Shown piece by piece: positions 1 through 10,941 of a DNA stretch of 64,000 nucleotides. Each line of letters opens with the position of its first letter. Position 1 is the stretch's first letter. The notes beneath the pieces are model-generated. The model ran no database searches, was not told where the DNA came from, and saw only the letters and a list, made by a program, of their open reading frames with translations. The translations under genes and the position numbers were made by a program. This DNA comes from Balanoglossus misakiensis (lineage: Eukaryota > Animalia > Hemichordata), in assembly GCA_040954595.2 (NCBI GenBank), contig CM082586.2, forward strand, positions 10,819,337 through 10,883,336. The letters are read 5' to 3'.

Positions 1-25
1 CCTTTGTAAAACTCATACAGTTGAT

Positions 26-2018
26 TTGATAGAACCTGATATTGAGACTGATCTTGACAAGCAAATCCCTATTGAATCACTAGCCCATACCGTCGGTGAT
101 ACCACTGAATTTGCATGTGAGATTAGCGCTCATGGTTCCTCTGACGGTATGATCAGTGATGACCACGATGTCTTTGTTAGTGATATGTTTACTGTGGAAA
201 ATGTTCCAAATATGGGGCCTCCCAACCCCACCCTTGTTGATCACAGTGTTCCAGACACTTATCCACTGGGCAATGATATGCAGTATTCTGAGTTATCAGA
301 TACTCCCGTGGGCGGGGATGTCTGTCCCCCGTCGTCATGGCCACAAGCGTCACCCCTTGATTTAACAGAAGTTATAACCGTTCATGACATAGTTGTTGAA
401 TCAGGTTTACCAAATTCTCAATTTTGCAGAATACCCGTTTCATCAAATCTTCAAATCCCAATTTGGCGAGCCGAATTGCAGCAATATGATGACAAAATCA
501 TCTGCGATTACCTACAATATGGTTGGCCCGTCTACTATACAGCCTCAGAATTGCCATACTCTACAGTGAAAAACCACCCATCAGCTATAAATTACTCGGC
601 GCATGTCGACAACTGGATCATTAACGAAGTCGCAGCCGGGGCTACAGCGGGTCCGTTCTTAACTAACCCCCTTGCCACACCACTCAGTACTTCCCCCATT
701 CAGACTGTCGAAAAAAAAGATAGTGTTAATCGGCGTATAGTCTTTGATCTTAGTTCCCCAATCCACCATTCAGTAAATGACGGTATCCCCAAAGGGGAAT
801 ATCTTGGGGAGAGTTTTCAGCTTCAATATCCTTCCATTGATGATTTCACTGCAATGATGACCCGTAAGGGCAGGGGATGCCTCCTATTTAAGCGCGATTT
901 AAGCAGAGCTTATCGGCAAATACCAGTCGATCCAGCGGACTACCATTTGCTGGGCTACACGTGGCGTAATTTATTGTTCTTTGACCTTACATTGCCATTT
1001 GGTTGCGAACCGCAGCGCTAGCCTGCCAGCGCACCACTAATGCGGTTTCTATTCCACGAAAGGGTATGACTGTGTTAATTACCTTGACGACTTCGGTGGT
1101 GCAGAGACCTCCAACAAAGCCCACAAGGCATTTGCGGAGCTAGGTGACACGCTGGATAGACTGGGTTTGCAAGAAGCCAAACACAAAGCGGTGCCCCCGT
1201 CATCAATCATGACTTTTCTTGGAATCCAGTTGAACTCCCTTACAATGACTATGGAAGTTACTCCTGACCGGCTTAATGAAATAGAGCAAGAGCTGGGTGT
1301 ATGGGTCACTAAAACAAAAGCAACTAAGCGCGAGCTGCAATCACTCATAGGCAAGCTTTCCTTTATTGCCAAATGTGTCAAGCCTGGTAGGCTATTCCTG
1401 GCGAGAATGCTAGATGTGTTGCGTACCGTCACCCGCAATCACTACCATCTAAACAGTGATTTCAAGGCAGATCTACGGTGGTGGATTAATTTCATTAGGG
1501 TTTATAATGGGGTGTCTCTCATTAAAGAGTCAGGTTGGTGCCCGCCAGATGAAATATTTTCTTCGGATGCATGCCCAACAGGGGGAGGGGGGCTTTGCGA
1601 CAACGAGTATTTCCACGTGGAGTTCCCTGACTTTGTAAAGGTTGGGGACCCTCACATTAATCCCCTCGAATTACTCACTATTACTATAGCGGCAAAAATT
1701 TGGGGTGATAGATGGTCTGGAAAGAAAATACAGGTCTCTTGCGACAACCAGGCAACAGTTTGGGTCATTAATACCGGTAGAGCTAGGGATAAACTAATGC
1801 TGTCTTGCTTGAGGGAATTATGGCTGGTAGCAGCGATTCACGAGTTTGAGCTACGTGCTGTGCACATCGCAGGCACCGAGAACCGGCTGGCTGATGCGCT
1901 CAGTCGCTGGCATCTTGACCCAAGTTATGAGCAACTCTTCAAATCATCTGTTAATATTTCTCAAATGACCGAGCACCCAGTCGCCGAGGATGACATTCGC
2001 TTTCTCAATGAGTGGTGA
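26..2018 (+). pseudogene. Copy 1 RT/RNase H, frameshifted
   Basis: Relative to copy 2 it has a 1-nt deletion (~1002), a 7-nt deletion (~1049) and a 6-nt deletion (~1447), which split it into ORFs 26-1021 and 1167-2018. Confidence 0.85.
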
Positions 2019-3036
2019 CTGATTTTATTTTTATTTCAGATCACTGCCAAACTATCCAAGCCTTAGACGCTCAAATCGCTATCTCAATGAGGTCAGCATT
2101 AGCGGAAGGAACTCGTCGGAATTTGTCGTCACAGTTGAAGAGTTACTTCCTGTTTTGTCAGTTTTTCAATTTTACTCCTGTTCCAGCATCTGTTCTTACA
2201 GTGTGTAGATTTATCCAGTTTCTTGCAAGATCAGTAACTGCTACTGGCACCATTCAGAATTATTTGTACGCAATTCGTACCTTGCATAGAATCCATGGCT
2301 TCACGCCATTGGCCGCTGATCAGTATGTTGTCAAATTACTTTTGAAATGTCTTTCCCGTAGCACTTTCCAGCCAGTGAGGCAGAAATTACCCATCACCCC
2401 CCAGTTGTTGCTACAGTTTTTCGGGCTTCTAGATGTGGCTGTTCCATTCGATGTTACTTTGTGGGCATGCCTTTTGATAGGGTTTTTCTCCTTTTTTCGC
2501 AAGTCAAATCTTGTTCCGAAGTCTGCAACCGACTTTGATCCGGCTAAACACCTCTGTAGGGGTAAAGTCATTTCCTCAGATTCTGGCCTTATAATCGGCG
2601 TGACTTGGTCAAAAACCATTCAGTTTCGCGAACGCTGTTTGACTATTCCACTTGCCCGCATTCCAGGTTCGGTGTTGTGCCCTTTACAGGCATACAATCA
2701 CATGTGTGAGATCATCCCAGCCCCACCCTCTAGCCCAGGATTCATTTTCCCAAATGTGGCAAATTGGTCCCCTTGACCCATTCAGGGCTGGTGAAAAGTA
2801 TCAAATGTTTAGTTCAGAGGGCAGGCTTTCCTGCTGACATGTACTCGGGTCACAGCCTCCGTCGTGGGGGTGCAACCTTTGCATTCGAAAGTGGGGTCCC
2901 TGGGGAGCTTATCAAACTCCAAGGGGATTGGCAATCCAGCGCGTATCTCCGTTATCTTAACATTCCATTTCAGACTCGTTATCTGGTGTCCTTTCAAATG
3001 GGTCAGCATATTAAAGACATCTCCGCGTCACACTGA
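2012..3036 (+). pseudogene. Copy 1 tyrosine recombinase, frameshifted
   Basis: A net 1-nt deletion plus substitutions near 2738-2750 splits it into ORFs 2012-2776 and 2764-3036. The HSLRRGG motif lies in the second piece. Confidence 0.85.
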
Positions 3037-3367
3037 TTTTACTGTGGCACTAGCAGAGAGGCGGACCGGGTTTGGCAGTGGTTGGGCCTGCAAGAGCCCC
3101 CAGTTCACGTAAATAAATAATGGCTCTTGCCTTCAGCTGCCAAACCTGTGTCCTTGGTTTGTGTGTTAGAGAGATCTCAAGTAATTTAGGTAACATTGCG
3201 ATCAACGGCATAATGTTACCCAATTAAGCAACTCGAAAAGGGGCGCCCTCAACCTCAAACGAGCCTCAAAAATCCCATAATCCATCACTCACGGCCACTT
3301 CAAGGGTTCGGAGCGTGTCCTGCAGTGCACGCTCTCTCTGCCTCAATTTCAATTTCTCACCATTATT

Positions 3368-5284
3368 ATGGAGAACGCTGAACAACAGCTGCTGGATTTG
3401 GGAATAGAGCCCAGTCCAGTCGCCAAAAAGGGACCTGCAACTCGCAGTAAGACTACGACAAGAGCATCGACCGGTCGAAAAGTTCGCGTGGTCCCCCCCA
3501 CCAAACTTTCCAAAGTACCAATGGCGTCAGCTCGTTCGAAAGGCGGGAAATGTAGCAAACCTGTCAAGGAAGAAGACACTTCATCTGACGGGGAAGATGT
3601 GAGGTCAGAGAAAGAGAAGTTGCAGGCGGAGATAGCGAGACTGCAGGAGCAATCTGAAGTAGACAATTTAAGAAAACAACTAAAAGAAATGAAACTGGAG
3701 AAGGAACGACGCAGCCCGCCAGCCGCTTCGAGCGGAAGTCCCAGAAGTCACGACCTGAGTCAACTCACGCTACCCGATCTCAAGAGGATGGCGAAAGAAG
3801 ACTCACAATTGCAGTGGTCGTTACCATCAGGCAGTCCGTGGCTACCAGCGACAGGGGCCGCTGGCGGCGGTGAAGACCTCCAACCGAACCAACTCCTGGC
3901 ACAGTCCGGTTTATACACAGCAGCGCAGAGCAAAGCAGGTAACGTACCAATGAAATCGATGCGCTTCAACACCAGAACCGATCGTGTGCGACAGCACGTC
4001 CTATGGCCGCACATGTTCGTCAGGGCTCGGACATTCTCGGGCGCCCCACCAAAATTCGATGATATGTCAATGGCGGAATTTGTGGAAGGTAATCTCGCGA
4101 TAGTGCAACTTCCTACTTTGAGTGACACAGAGAAACAGCAGCGATTACAACACTTACAGTCGCTTATGAAAGACGCCAATTTGTTTCCCTGGGACGCCAT
4201 CTTGAAGTTCGAGGGCGCGCTCCTCTCTGACATGGAGTCAGGACTCAGAACATGGGCAAATGACACCGCAGATCTGAGAGAGCTATATTTGCTGCCGCGT
4301 ATCGGCGAGATCAGACGGGATAAAACAGCGGACAAATCCAAAAAGAAGGATCAGATTAATGTATGTTTCAAATACCAAAGTAACAAGTGCGAGAAGGAGG
4401 ATTGCGCATTCAAACACATATGTGAAGCCTGCATGAAGTTGCGTAACAACCTGGCCAAGCATCCCAAGATTGCCAGCCCCTGGAAGGATAAGGCCTTTAG
4501 AGAGCAAGAGAGCAACAAGTTGACCGATAGTTCTGGCAAAGCAGAGGTAGATAAGTCTAAACAAGACTCTCATGACTGTGACAGCAATTTAATTCCTAAA
4601 TTGAACCATAGAGTCAAAAGTGCAGGCACGGAGTGTAATATCAATGACTTTTATACATTGATGGGCATCACAGATCAGGCAGTGCACAAGTGTGATCGCT
4701 CTGTACAAACTGACATGGAGATTGATATTTCAAGAAGCCTGTCAATGTGCAACCCGGAGGTTTTGCGGGATGCTATTGTTAACCCTAGTAGTATTTCTGA
4801 ACCAGTGCTTTCGATTGACGAGCCAGTAACATGTACCATTGCCAATGTTGCCTCTGAATATACAGGTTGTTTTGATACCTCTGTTAGCAGGGATAATGTT
4901 GACAAATACCTTTGTAAAACTCATACAGTTGATTTGATAGAACCTGATATTGAGACTGATCTTGACAAGCAAATCCCTATTGAATCACTAGCCCATACCG
5001 TCGGTGATACCACTGAATTTGCATGTGAGATTAGCGCTCATGGTTCATCTGACGGTATGATCAGTGATGACCACGATGTCTTTGTTAGTGATATGTTTAC
5101 TGTGGAAAATGTTCCAAATATGGGGCCTCCCAACCCCACCCTTGTTGATCACAGTGTTCCAGACACTTATCCACTGGGCAATGATATGCAGTATTCTGAG
5201 TTATCAGATACTCCCGTGGGCGGGGATGTCTGTCCCCCGTCGTCATGGCCACAAGGGTCACCCCTTGATTTAAAGCAGAGGTAG
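3368..5284 (+). CDS. Ngaro ORF1, gag-like protein with coiled coil and Cys/His zinc-finger region, running into the duplicated acidic linker (copy 2)
   Basis: ATG start just after the A repeat. Coiled-coil stretch EKEKLQAEIARLQEQSEVDNLRKQLKEMKLEKE and Cys/His cluster CFKYQSNKCEKEDCAFKHICEACMKLRNNLAKH. The ORF stops at the duplication junction. Confidence 0.8.
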   Translation: MENAEQQLLDLGIEPSPVAKKGPATRSKTTTRASTGRKVRVVPPTKLSKVPMASARSKGGKCSKPVKEEDTSSDGEDVRSEKEKLQAEIARLQEQSEVDNLRKQLKEMKLEKERRSPPAASSGSPRSHDLSQLTLPDLKRMAKEDSQLQWSLPSGSPWLPATGAAGGGEDLQPNQLLAQSGLYTAAQSKAGNVPMKSMRFNTRTDRVRQHVLWPHMFVRARTFSGAPPKFDDMSMAEFVEGNLAIVQLPTLSDTEKQQRLQHLQSLMKDANLFPWDAILKFEGALLSDMESGLRTWANDTADLRELYLLPRIGEIRRDKTADKSKKKDQINVCFKYQSNKCEKEDCAFKHICEACMKLRNNLAKHPKIASPWKDKAFREQESNKLTDSSGKAEVDKSKQDSHDCDSNLIPKLNHRVKSAGTECNINDFYTLMGITDQAVHKCDRSVQTDMEIDISRSLSMCNPEVLRDAIVNPSSISEPVLSIDEPVTCTIANVASEYTGCFDTSVSRDNVDKYLCKTHTVDLIEPDIETDLDKQIPIESLAHTVGDTTEFACEISAHGSSDGMISDDHDVFVSDMFTVENVPNMGPPNPTLVDHSVPDTYPLGNDMQYSELSDTPVGGDVCPPSSWPQGSPLDLKQR

Positions 5285-6007
5285 ATAAGTCTAAGCAAGA
5301 CTCTCATGACTGTGACAGCAATTTAATTCCTAAATTGAACCATAGAGTCAAAAGTGCAGGTACGGAGTGTAATATCAATGACTTTTATACATTGATGGGC
5401 ATCACAGATCAGGCAGTGCACAAGTGTGATCGCTCTGTACAAACTGACATGGAGATTGATATTTCAAGAAGCCTGTCAATGTGCAACCCGGAGGTTTTGC
5501 GGGATGCTATTGTTAACCCTAGTAGTATTTCTGAACCAGTGCTTTCGATTGACGAGCCAGTAACATGTACCATTGCCAATGTTGCCTCTGAACACACAGG
5601 TTGTTTTGATACCTCTGTTAGCAGGGATAATGTTGACAAATACCTTTGTAAAACTCATACAGTTGATTTGATAGAACCTGATATTGAGACTGATCTTGAC
5701 AAGCAAATCCCTATTGAATCACTAGCCCATACCGTCGGTGATACCACTGAATTTGCATGTGAGATTAGCGCTCATGGTTCATCTGACGGTATGATCAGTG
5801 ATGACCACGATGTCTTTGTTAGTGACATGTTTACTGTGGAAAATGTTCCAAATATGGGGCCTCCCAACCCCACCCTTGTTGATCACAGTGTTCCAGACAC
5901 TTATCCACTGGGCAATGATATGCAGTATTCTGAGTTATCAGATACTCCCGTGGGCGGGGATGTCTGTCCCCCGTCGTCATGGCCACAAGCGTCACCCCCT
6001 GATTTAA
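4538..6007 (+). repeat. 734-bp internal tandem duplication (copy 2)
   Basis: aaagcagaggtagataagtct... occurs at 4538 and again at 5272. Both blocks end in ...cc(c/t)tgatttaa. Confidence 0.95.
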
Positions 6008-7674
6008 CAGAAGTTATAACCGTTCATGACATAGTTGTTGAATCAGGTTTACCAAATTCTCAATTTTGCAGAATACCCGTTTCATCAAATCTTCAAATCC
6101 CAATTTGGCGAGCCGAATTGCAGCAATATGATGACAAAATCATCTGCGATTACCTACAATATGGTTGGCCCGTCTACTATACAGCCTCAGAATTGCCATA
6201 CTCTACAGTGAAAAACCACCCATCAGCTATAAATTACTCGGCGCATGTCGACAACTGGATCATTAACGAAGTCGCAGCCGGGGCTACAGCGGGTCCGTTC
6301 TTAACTAACCCCCTTGCCACACCACTCAGTACTTCCCCCATTCAGACTGTCGAAAAAAAAGATAGTGTTAATCGGCGTATAGTCTTTGATCTTAGTTCCC
6401 CAATCCACCATTCAGTAAATGACGGTATCCCCAAAGGGGAATATCTTGGGGAGAGTTTTCAGCTTCAATATCCTTCCATTGATGATTTCACTGCAATGAT
6501 GACCCGTAAGGGCAGGGGATGCCTCCTATTTAAGCGCGATTTAAGCAGAGCTTATCGGCAAATACCAGTCGATCCAGCGGACTACCATTTGCTGGGCTAC
6601 ACGTGGCGTAATTTATTGTTCTTTGACCTTACATTGCCATTTGGCTTGCGAACCGCAGCGCTAGCCTGCCAGCGCACCACTAATGCGGTTTCTTATATCT
6701 ATTCCACGAAAGGGTATGACTGTGTTAATTACCTTGACGACTTCGGTGGTGCAGAGACCTCCAACAAAGCCCACAAGGCATTTGCGGAGCTAGGTGACAC
6801 GCTGGATAGACTGGGTTTGCAAGAAGCCAAACACAAAGCGGTGCCCCCGTCATCAATCATGACTTTTCTTGGAATCCAGTTGAACTCCCTTACAATGACT
6901 ATGGAAGTTACTCCTGACCGGCTTAATGAAATAGAGCAAGAGCTGGGTGTATGGGTCACTAAAACAAAAGCAACTAAGCGCGAGCTGCAATCACTCATAG
7001 GCAAGCTTTCCTTTATTGCCAAATGTGTCAAGCCTGGTAGGCTATTCCTGGCGAGAATGCTAGATGTGTTGCGTACCGTCACCCGCAATCACTACCATAT
7101 CTATCTAAACAGTGATTTCAAGGCAGATCTACGGTGGTGGATTAATTTCATTAGGGTTTATAATGGGGTGTCTCTCATTAAAGAGTCAGGTTGGTGCCCG
7201 CCAGATGAAATATTTTCTTCGGATGCATGCCCAACAGGGGGAGGGGGGCTTTGCGACAACGAGTATTTCCACGTGGAGTTCCCTGACTTTGTAAAGGTTG
7301 GGGACCCTCACATTAATGCCCTCGAATTACTCACTATTACTATAGCGGCAAAAATTTGGGGTGATAGATGGTCTGGAAAGAAAATACAGGTCTCTTGCGA
7401 CAACCAGGCAACAGTTTGGGTCATTAATACCGGTAGAGCTAGGGATAAACTAATGCTGTCTTGCTTGAGGGAATTATGGCTGGTAGCAGCGATTCACGAG
7501 TTTGAGCTACGTGCTGTGCACATCGCAGGCACCGAGAACCGGCTGGCTGATGCGCTCAGTCGCTGGCATCTTGACCCAAGTTATGAGCAACTCTTCAAAT
7601 CATCTGTTAATATTTCTCAAATGACCGAGCACCCAGTCGCCGAGGATGACATTCGCTTTCTCAATGAGTGGTGA
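5335..7674 (+). CDS. Reverse transcriptase / RNase H, DIRS-Ngaro type (copy 2)
   Basis: RT motifs RIVFDLS, KRDLSRAYRQIP, LPFGLRTA, YLDDF, FLGI. RNase H motifs SDAC, HINALEL, CDN, NRLADALSR. The ORF opens on TTG; the first ATG is at 5395. Confidence 0.93.
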   Translation: MNHRVKSAGTECNINDFYTLMGITDQAVHKCDRSVQTDMEIDISRSLSMCNPEVLRDAIVNPSSISEPVLSIDEPVTCTIANVASEHTGCFDTSVSRDNVDKYLCKTHTVDLIEPDIETDLDKQIPIESLAHTVGDTTEFACEISAHGSSDGMISDDHDVFVSDMFTVENVPNMGPPNPTLVDHSVPDTYPLGNDMQYSELSDTPVGGDVCPPSSWPQASPPDLTEVITVHDIVVESGLPNSQFCRIPVSSNLQIPIWRAELQQYDDKIICDYLQYGWPVYYTASELPYSTVKNHPSAINYSAHVDNWIINEVAAGATAGPFLTNPLATPLSTSPIQTVEKKDSVNRRIVFDLSSPIHHSVNDGIPKGEYLGESFQLQYPSIDDFTAMMTRKGRGCLLFKRDLSRAYRQIPVDPADYHLLGYTWRNLLFFDLTLPFGLRTAALACQRTTNAVSYIYSTKGYDCVNYLDDFGGAETSNKAHKAFAELGDTLDRLGLQEAKHKAVPPSSIMTFLGIQLNSLTMTMEVTPDRLNEIEQELGVWVTKTKATKRELQSLIGKLSFIAKCVKPGRLFLARMLDVLRTVTRNHYHIYLNSDFKADLRWWINFIRVYNGVSLIKESGWCPPDEIFSSDACPTGGGGLCDNEYFHVEFPDFVKVGDPHINALELLTITIAAKIWGDRWSGKKIQVSCDNQATVWVINTGRARDKLMLSCLRELWLVAAIHEFELRAVHIAGTENRLADALSRWHLDPSYEQLFKSSVNISQMTEHPVAEDDIRFLNEW

Positions 7675-8693
7675 CTGATTTTATTTTTATTTCAGATCAC
7701 TGCCAAACTATCCAAGCCTTAGACGCTCAAATCGCTATCTCAATGAGGTCAGCATTAGCGGAAGGAACTCGTCGGAATTTGTCGTCACAGTTGAAGAGTT
7801 ACTTCCTGTTTTGTCAGTTTTTCAATTTTACTCCTGTTCCAGCATCTGTTCTTACAGTGTGTAGATTTATCCAGTTTCTTGCAAGATCAGTAACTGCTAC
7901 TGGCACCATTCAGAATTATTTGTACGCAATTCGTACCTTGCATAGAATCCATGGCTTCACGCCATTGGCCGCTGATCAGTATGTTGTCAAATTACTTTTG
8001 AAATGTCTTTCCCGTAGCACTTTCCAGCCAGTGAGGCAGAAATTACCCATCACCCCCCAGTTGTTGCTACAGTTTTTCGGGCTTCTAGATGTGGCTGTTC
8101 CATTCGATGTTACTTTGTGGGCATGCCTTTTGATAGGGTTTTTCTCCTTTTTTCGCAAGTCAAATCTTGTTCCGAAGTCTGCAACCGACTTTGATCCGGC
8201 TAAACACCTCTGTAGGGGTAAAGTCATTTCCTCAGATTCTGGCCTTATAATCGGCGTGACTTGGTCAAAAACCATTCAGTTTCGCGTACGCTGTTTGACT
8301 ATTCCACTTGCCCGCATTCCAGGTTCGGTGTTGTGCCCTTTACAGGCATACAATCACATGTGTGAGATCATCCCAGCCCCACCCTCTAGCCCAGCATTTG
8401 TTTTTCCCAAATGTGGCAAATTGGTCCCCTTGACCCATTCAGGGCTGGTGAAAAGTATCAAATGTTTAGTTCAGAGGGCAGGCTTTCCTGCTGACATGTA
8501 CTCGGGTCACAGCCTCCGTCGTGGGGGTGCAACCTTTGCATTCGAAAGTGGGGTCCCTGGGGAGCTTATCAAACTCCAAGGGGATTGGCAATCCAGCGCG
8601 TATCTCCGTTATCTTAACATTCCATTTCAGACTCGTTATCTGGTGTCCTTTCAAATGGGTCAGCATATTAAAGACATCTCCGCGTCACACTGA
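7668..8693 (+). CDS. Tyrosine recombinase (copy 2), probably joined to an upstream exon via the acceptor at 7694-7695
   Basis: Catalytic residues R (FFRKSNL), K (WSKT), HxxR (GHSLRRGG), W (GDW) and Y (AYLRYL). The ORF opens on GTG over a polypyrimidine tract. Confidence 0.93.
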   Translation: MVTDFIFISDHCQTIQALDAQIAISMRSALAEGTRRNLSSQLKSYFLFCQFFNFTPVPASVLTVCRFIQFLARSVTATGTIQNYLYAIRTLHRIHGFTPLAADQYVVKLLLKCLSRSTFQPVRQKLPITPQLLLQFFGLLDVAVPFDVTLWACLLIGFFSFFRKSNLVPKSATDFDPAKHLCRGKVISSDSGLIIGVTWSKTIQFRVRCLTIPLARIPGSVLCPLQAYNHMCEIIPAPPSSPAFVFPKCGKLVPLTHSGLVKSIKCLVQRAGFPADMYSGHSLRRGGATFAFESGVPGELIKLQGDWQSSAYLRYLNIPFQTRYLVSFQMGQHIKDISASH

Positions 8694-9024
8694 TTTTACT
8701 GTGGCACTAGCAGAGAGGCGGACCGGGTTTGGCAGTGGTTGGGCCTGCAAGAGCCCCCAGTTCACGTAAATAAATAATGGCTCTTGCCTTCAGCTGCCAA
8801 ACCTGTGTCCTTGGTTTGTGTGTTAGAGAGATCTCAAGTAATTTAGGTAACATTGCGATCAACGGCATAATGTTACCCAATTAAGCAACTCGAAAAGGGG
8901 CGCCCTCAACCTCAAACGAGCCTCAAAAATCCCATAATCCATCACTCACGGCCACTTCAAGGGTTCGGAGCGTGTCCTGCAGTGCACGCTCTCTCTGCCT
9001 CAATTTCAATTTCTCACCGTTATT

Positions 9025-10941
9025 ATGGAGAACGCTGAACAACAGCTGCTGGATTTGGGAATAGAGCCCAGTCCAGTCGCCAAAAAGGGACCTGCAACCC
9101 GCAGTAAGACTACGACAAGAGCATCGACCGGTCGAAAAGTTCGCGTGGTCCCCCCCACCAAACTTTCCAAAGTACCAATGGCGTCAGCTCGTTCGAAAGG
9201 CGGGAAATGTAGCAAACCTGTCAAGGAAGAAGACACTTCATCTGACGGGGAAGATGTGAGGTCAGAGAAAGAGAAGTTGCAGGCGGAGATAGCGAGACTG
9301 CAGGAGCAATCTGAAGTAGACAATTTAAGAAAACAACTAAAAGAAATGAAACTGGAGAAGGAACGACGCAGCCCGCCAGCTGCTTCGAGCGGAAGTCCCA
9401 GAAGTCACGACCTGAGTCAACTCACGCTACCCGATCTCAAGAGGATGGCGAAAGAAGACTCACAATTGCAGTGGTCGTTACCATCAGGCAGTCCGTGGCT
9501 ACCAGCGACAGGGGCCGCTGGCGGCGGTGAAGACCTCCAACCGAACCAACTCCTGGCACAGTCCGGTTTATACACAGCAGCGCAGAGCAAAGCAGGTAAC
9601 GTACCAATGAAATCGATGCGGTTCAACACCAGAACCGATCGTGTGCGACAGCACGTCCTATGGCCGCACATGTTCGTCAGGGCTCGGACATTCTCGGGCG
9701 CCCCACCAAAATTCGATGATATGTCAATGGCGGAATTTGTGGAAGGTAATCTTGCGATAGTGCAACTTCCTACTTTGAGTGACACAGAGAAACAGCAGCG
9801 ATTACAACACTTACAGTCGCTTATGAAAGACGCCAATTTGTTCCCCTGGGACGCCATCTTGAAGTTCGAGGGCGCGCTCCTCTCTGACATGGAGTCAGGA
9901 CTCAGAACATGGGCAAATGACACCGCAGATCTGAGAGAGCTATATTTGCTGCCGCGTATCGGCGAGATCAGACGGGATAAAACAGCGGACAAATCCAAAA
10001 AGAAGGATCAGATTAATGTATGTTTCAAATACCAAAGTAACAAGTGCGAGAAGGAGGATTGCGCATTCAAACACATATGTGAAGCCTGCATGAAGTTGCG
10101 TAACAACCTGGCCAAGCATCCCAAGATTGCCAGCCCCTGGAAGGATAAGGCCTTTAGAGAGCAAGAGAGCAACAAGTTGACCGATAGTTCTGGCAAAGCA
10201 GAGGTAGATAAGTCTAAACAAGACTCTCATGACTGTGACAGCAATTTAATTCCTAAATTGAACCATAGAGTCAAAAGTGCAGGCACGGAGTGTAATATCA
10301 ATGACTTTTATACATTGATGGGCATCACAGATCAGGCAGTGCACAAGTGTGATCGCTCTGTACAAACTGACATGGAGATTGATATTTCAAGAAGCCTGTC
10401 AATGTGCAACCCGGAGGTTTTGCGGGATGCTATTGTTAACCCTAGTAGTATTTCTGAACCAGTGCTTTCGATTGACGAGCCAGTAACATGTACCATTGCC
10501 AATGTTGCCTCTGAACACACAGGTTGTTTTGATACCTCTGTTAGCAGGGATAATGTTGACAAATACCTTTGTAAAACTCATACAGTTGATTTGATAGAAC
10601 CTGATATTGAGACTGATCTTGACAAGCAAATCCCTATTGAATCACTAGCCCATACCGTCGGTGATACCACTGAATTTGCATGTGAGATTAGCGCTCATGG
10701 TTCATCTGACGGTATGATCAGTGATGACCACGATGTCTTTGTTAGTGATATGTTTACTGTGGAAAATGTTCCAAATATGGGGCCTCCCAACCCCACCCTT
10801 GTTGATCACAGTGTTCCAGACACTTATCCACTGGGCAATGATATGCAGTATTCTGAGTTATCAGATACTCCCGTGGGCGGGGATGTCTGTCCCCCGTCGT
10901 CATGGCCACAAGCGTCACCCCTTGATTTAAAGCAGAGGTAG
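9025..10941 (+). CDS. Ngaro ORF1, gag-like protein (copy 3)
   Basis: Near-identical to 3368-5284. Confidence 0.8.
   Translation: MENAEQQLLDLGIEPSPVAKKGPATRSKTTTRASTGRKVRVVPPTKLSKVPMASARSKGGKCSKPVKEEDTSSDGEDVRSEKEKLQAEIARLQEQSEVDNLRKQLKEMKLEKERRSPPAASSGSPRSHDLSQLTLPDLKRMAKEDSQLQWSLPSGSPWLPATGAAGGGEDLQPNQLLAQSGLYTAAQSKAGNVPMKSMRFNTRTDRVRQHVLWPHMFVRARTFSGAPPKFDDMSMAEFVEGNLAIVQLPTLSDTEKQQRLQHLQSLMKDANLFPWDAILKFEGALLSDMESGLRTWANDTADLRELYLLPRIGEIRRDKTADKSKKKDQINVCFKYQSNKCEKEDCAFKHICEACMKLRNNLAKHPKIASPWKDKAFREQESNKLTDSSGKAEVDKSKQDSHDCDSNLIPKLNHRVKSAGTECNINDFYTLMGITDQAVHKCDRSVQTDMEIDISRSLSMCNPEVLRDAIVNPSSISEPVLSIDEPVTCTIANVASEHTGCFDTSVSRDNVDKYLCKTHTVDLIEPDIETDLDKQIPIESLAHTVGDTTEFACEISAHGSSDGMISDDHDVFVSDMFTVENVPNMGPPNPTLVDHSVPDTYPLGNDMQYSELSDTPVGGDVCPPSSWPQASPLDLKQR

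Noticed and set aside
3760-4341. 193-aa antisense ORF within gag (and similar antisense ORFs in RT and YR)
   Set aside because: Shadow ORFs with no motifs. Their recurrence only reflects the near-identity of the copies.
7668-8693. Phage integrase / prophage interpretation of the YR
   Set aside because: It is linked to a DIRS-type RT/RNase H and split direct repeats, and no phage genes are present.
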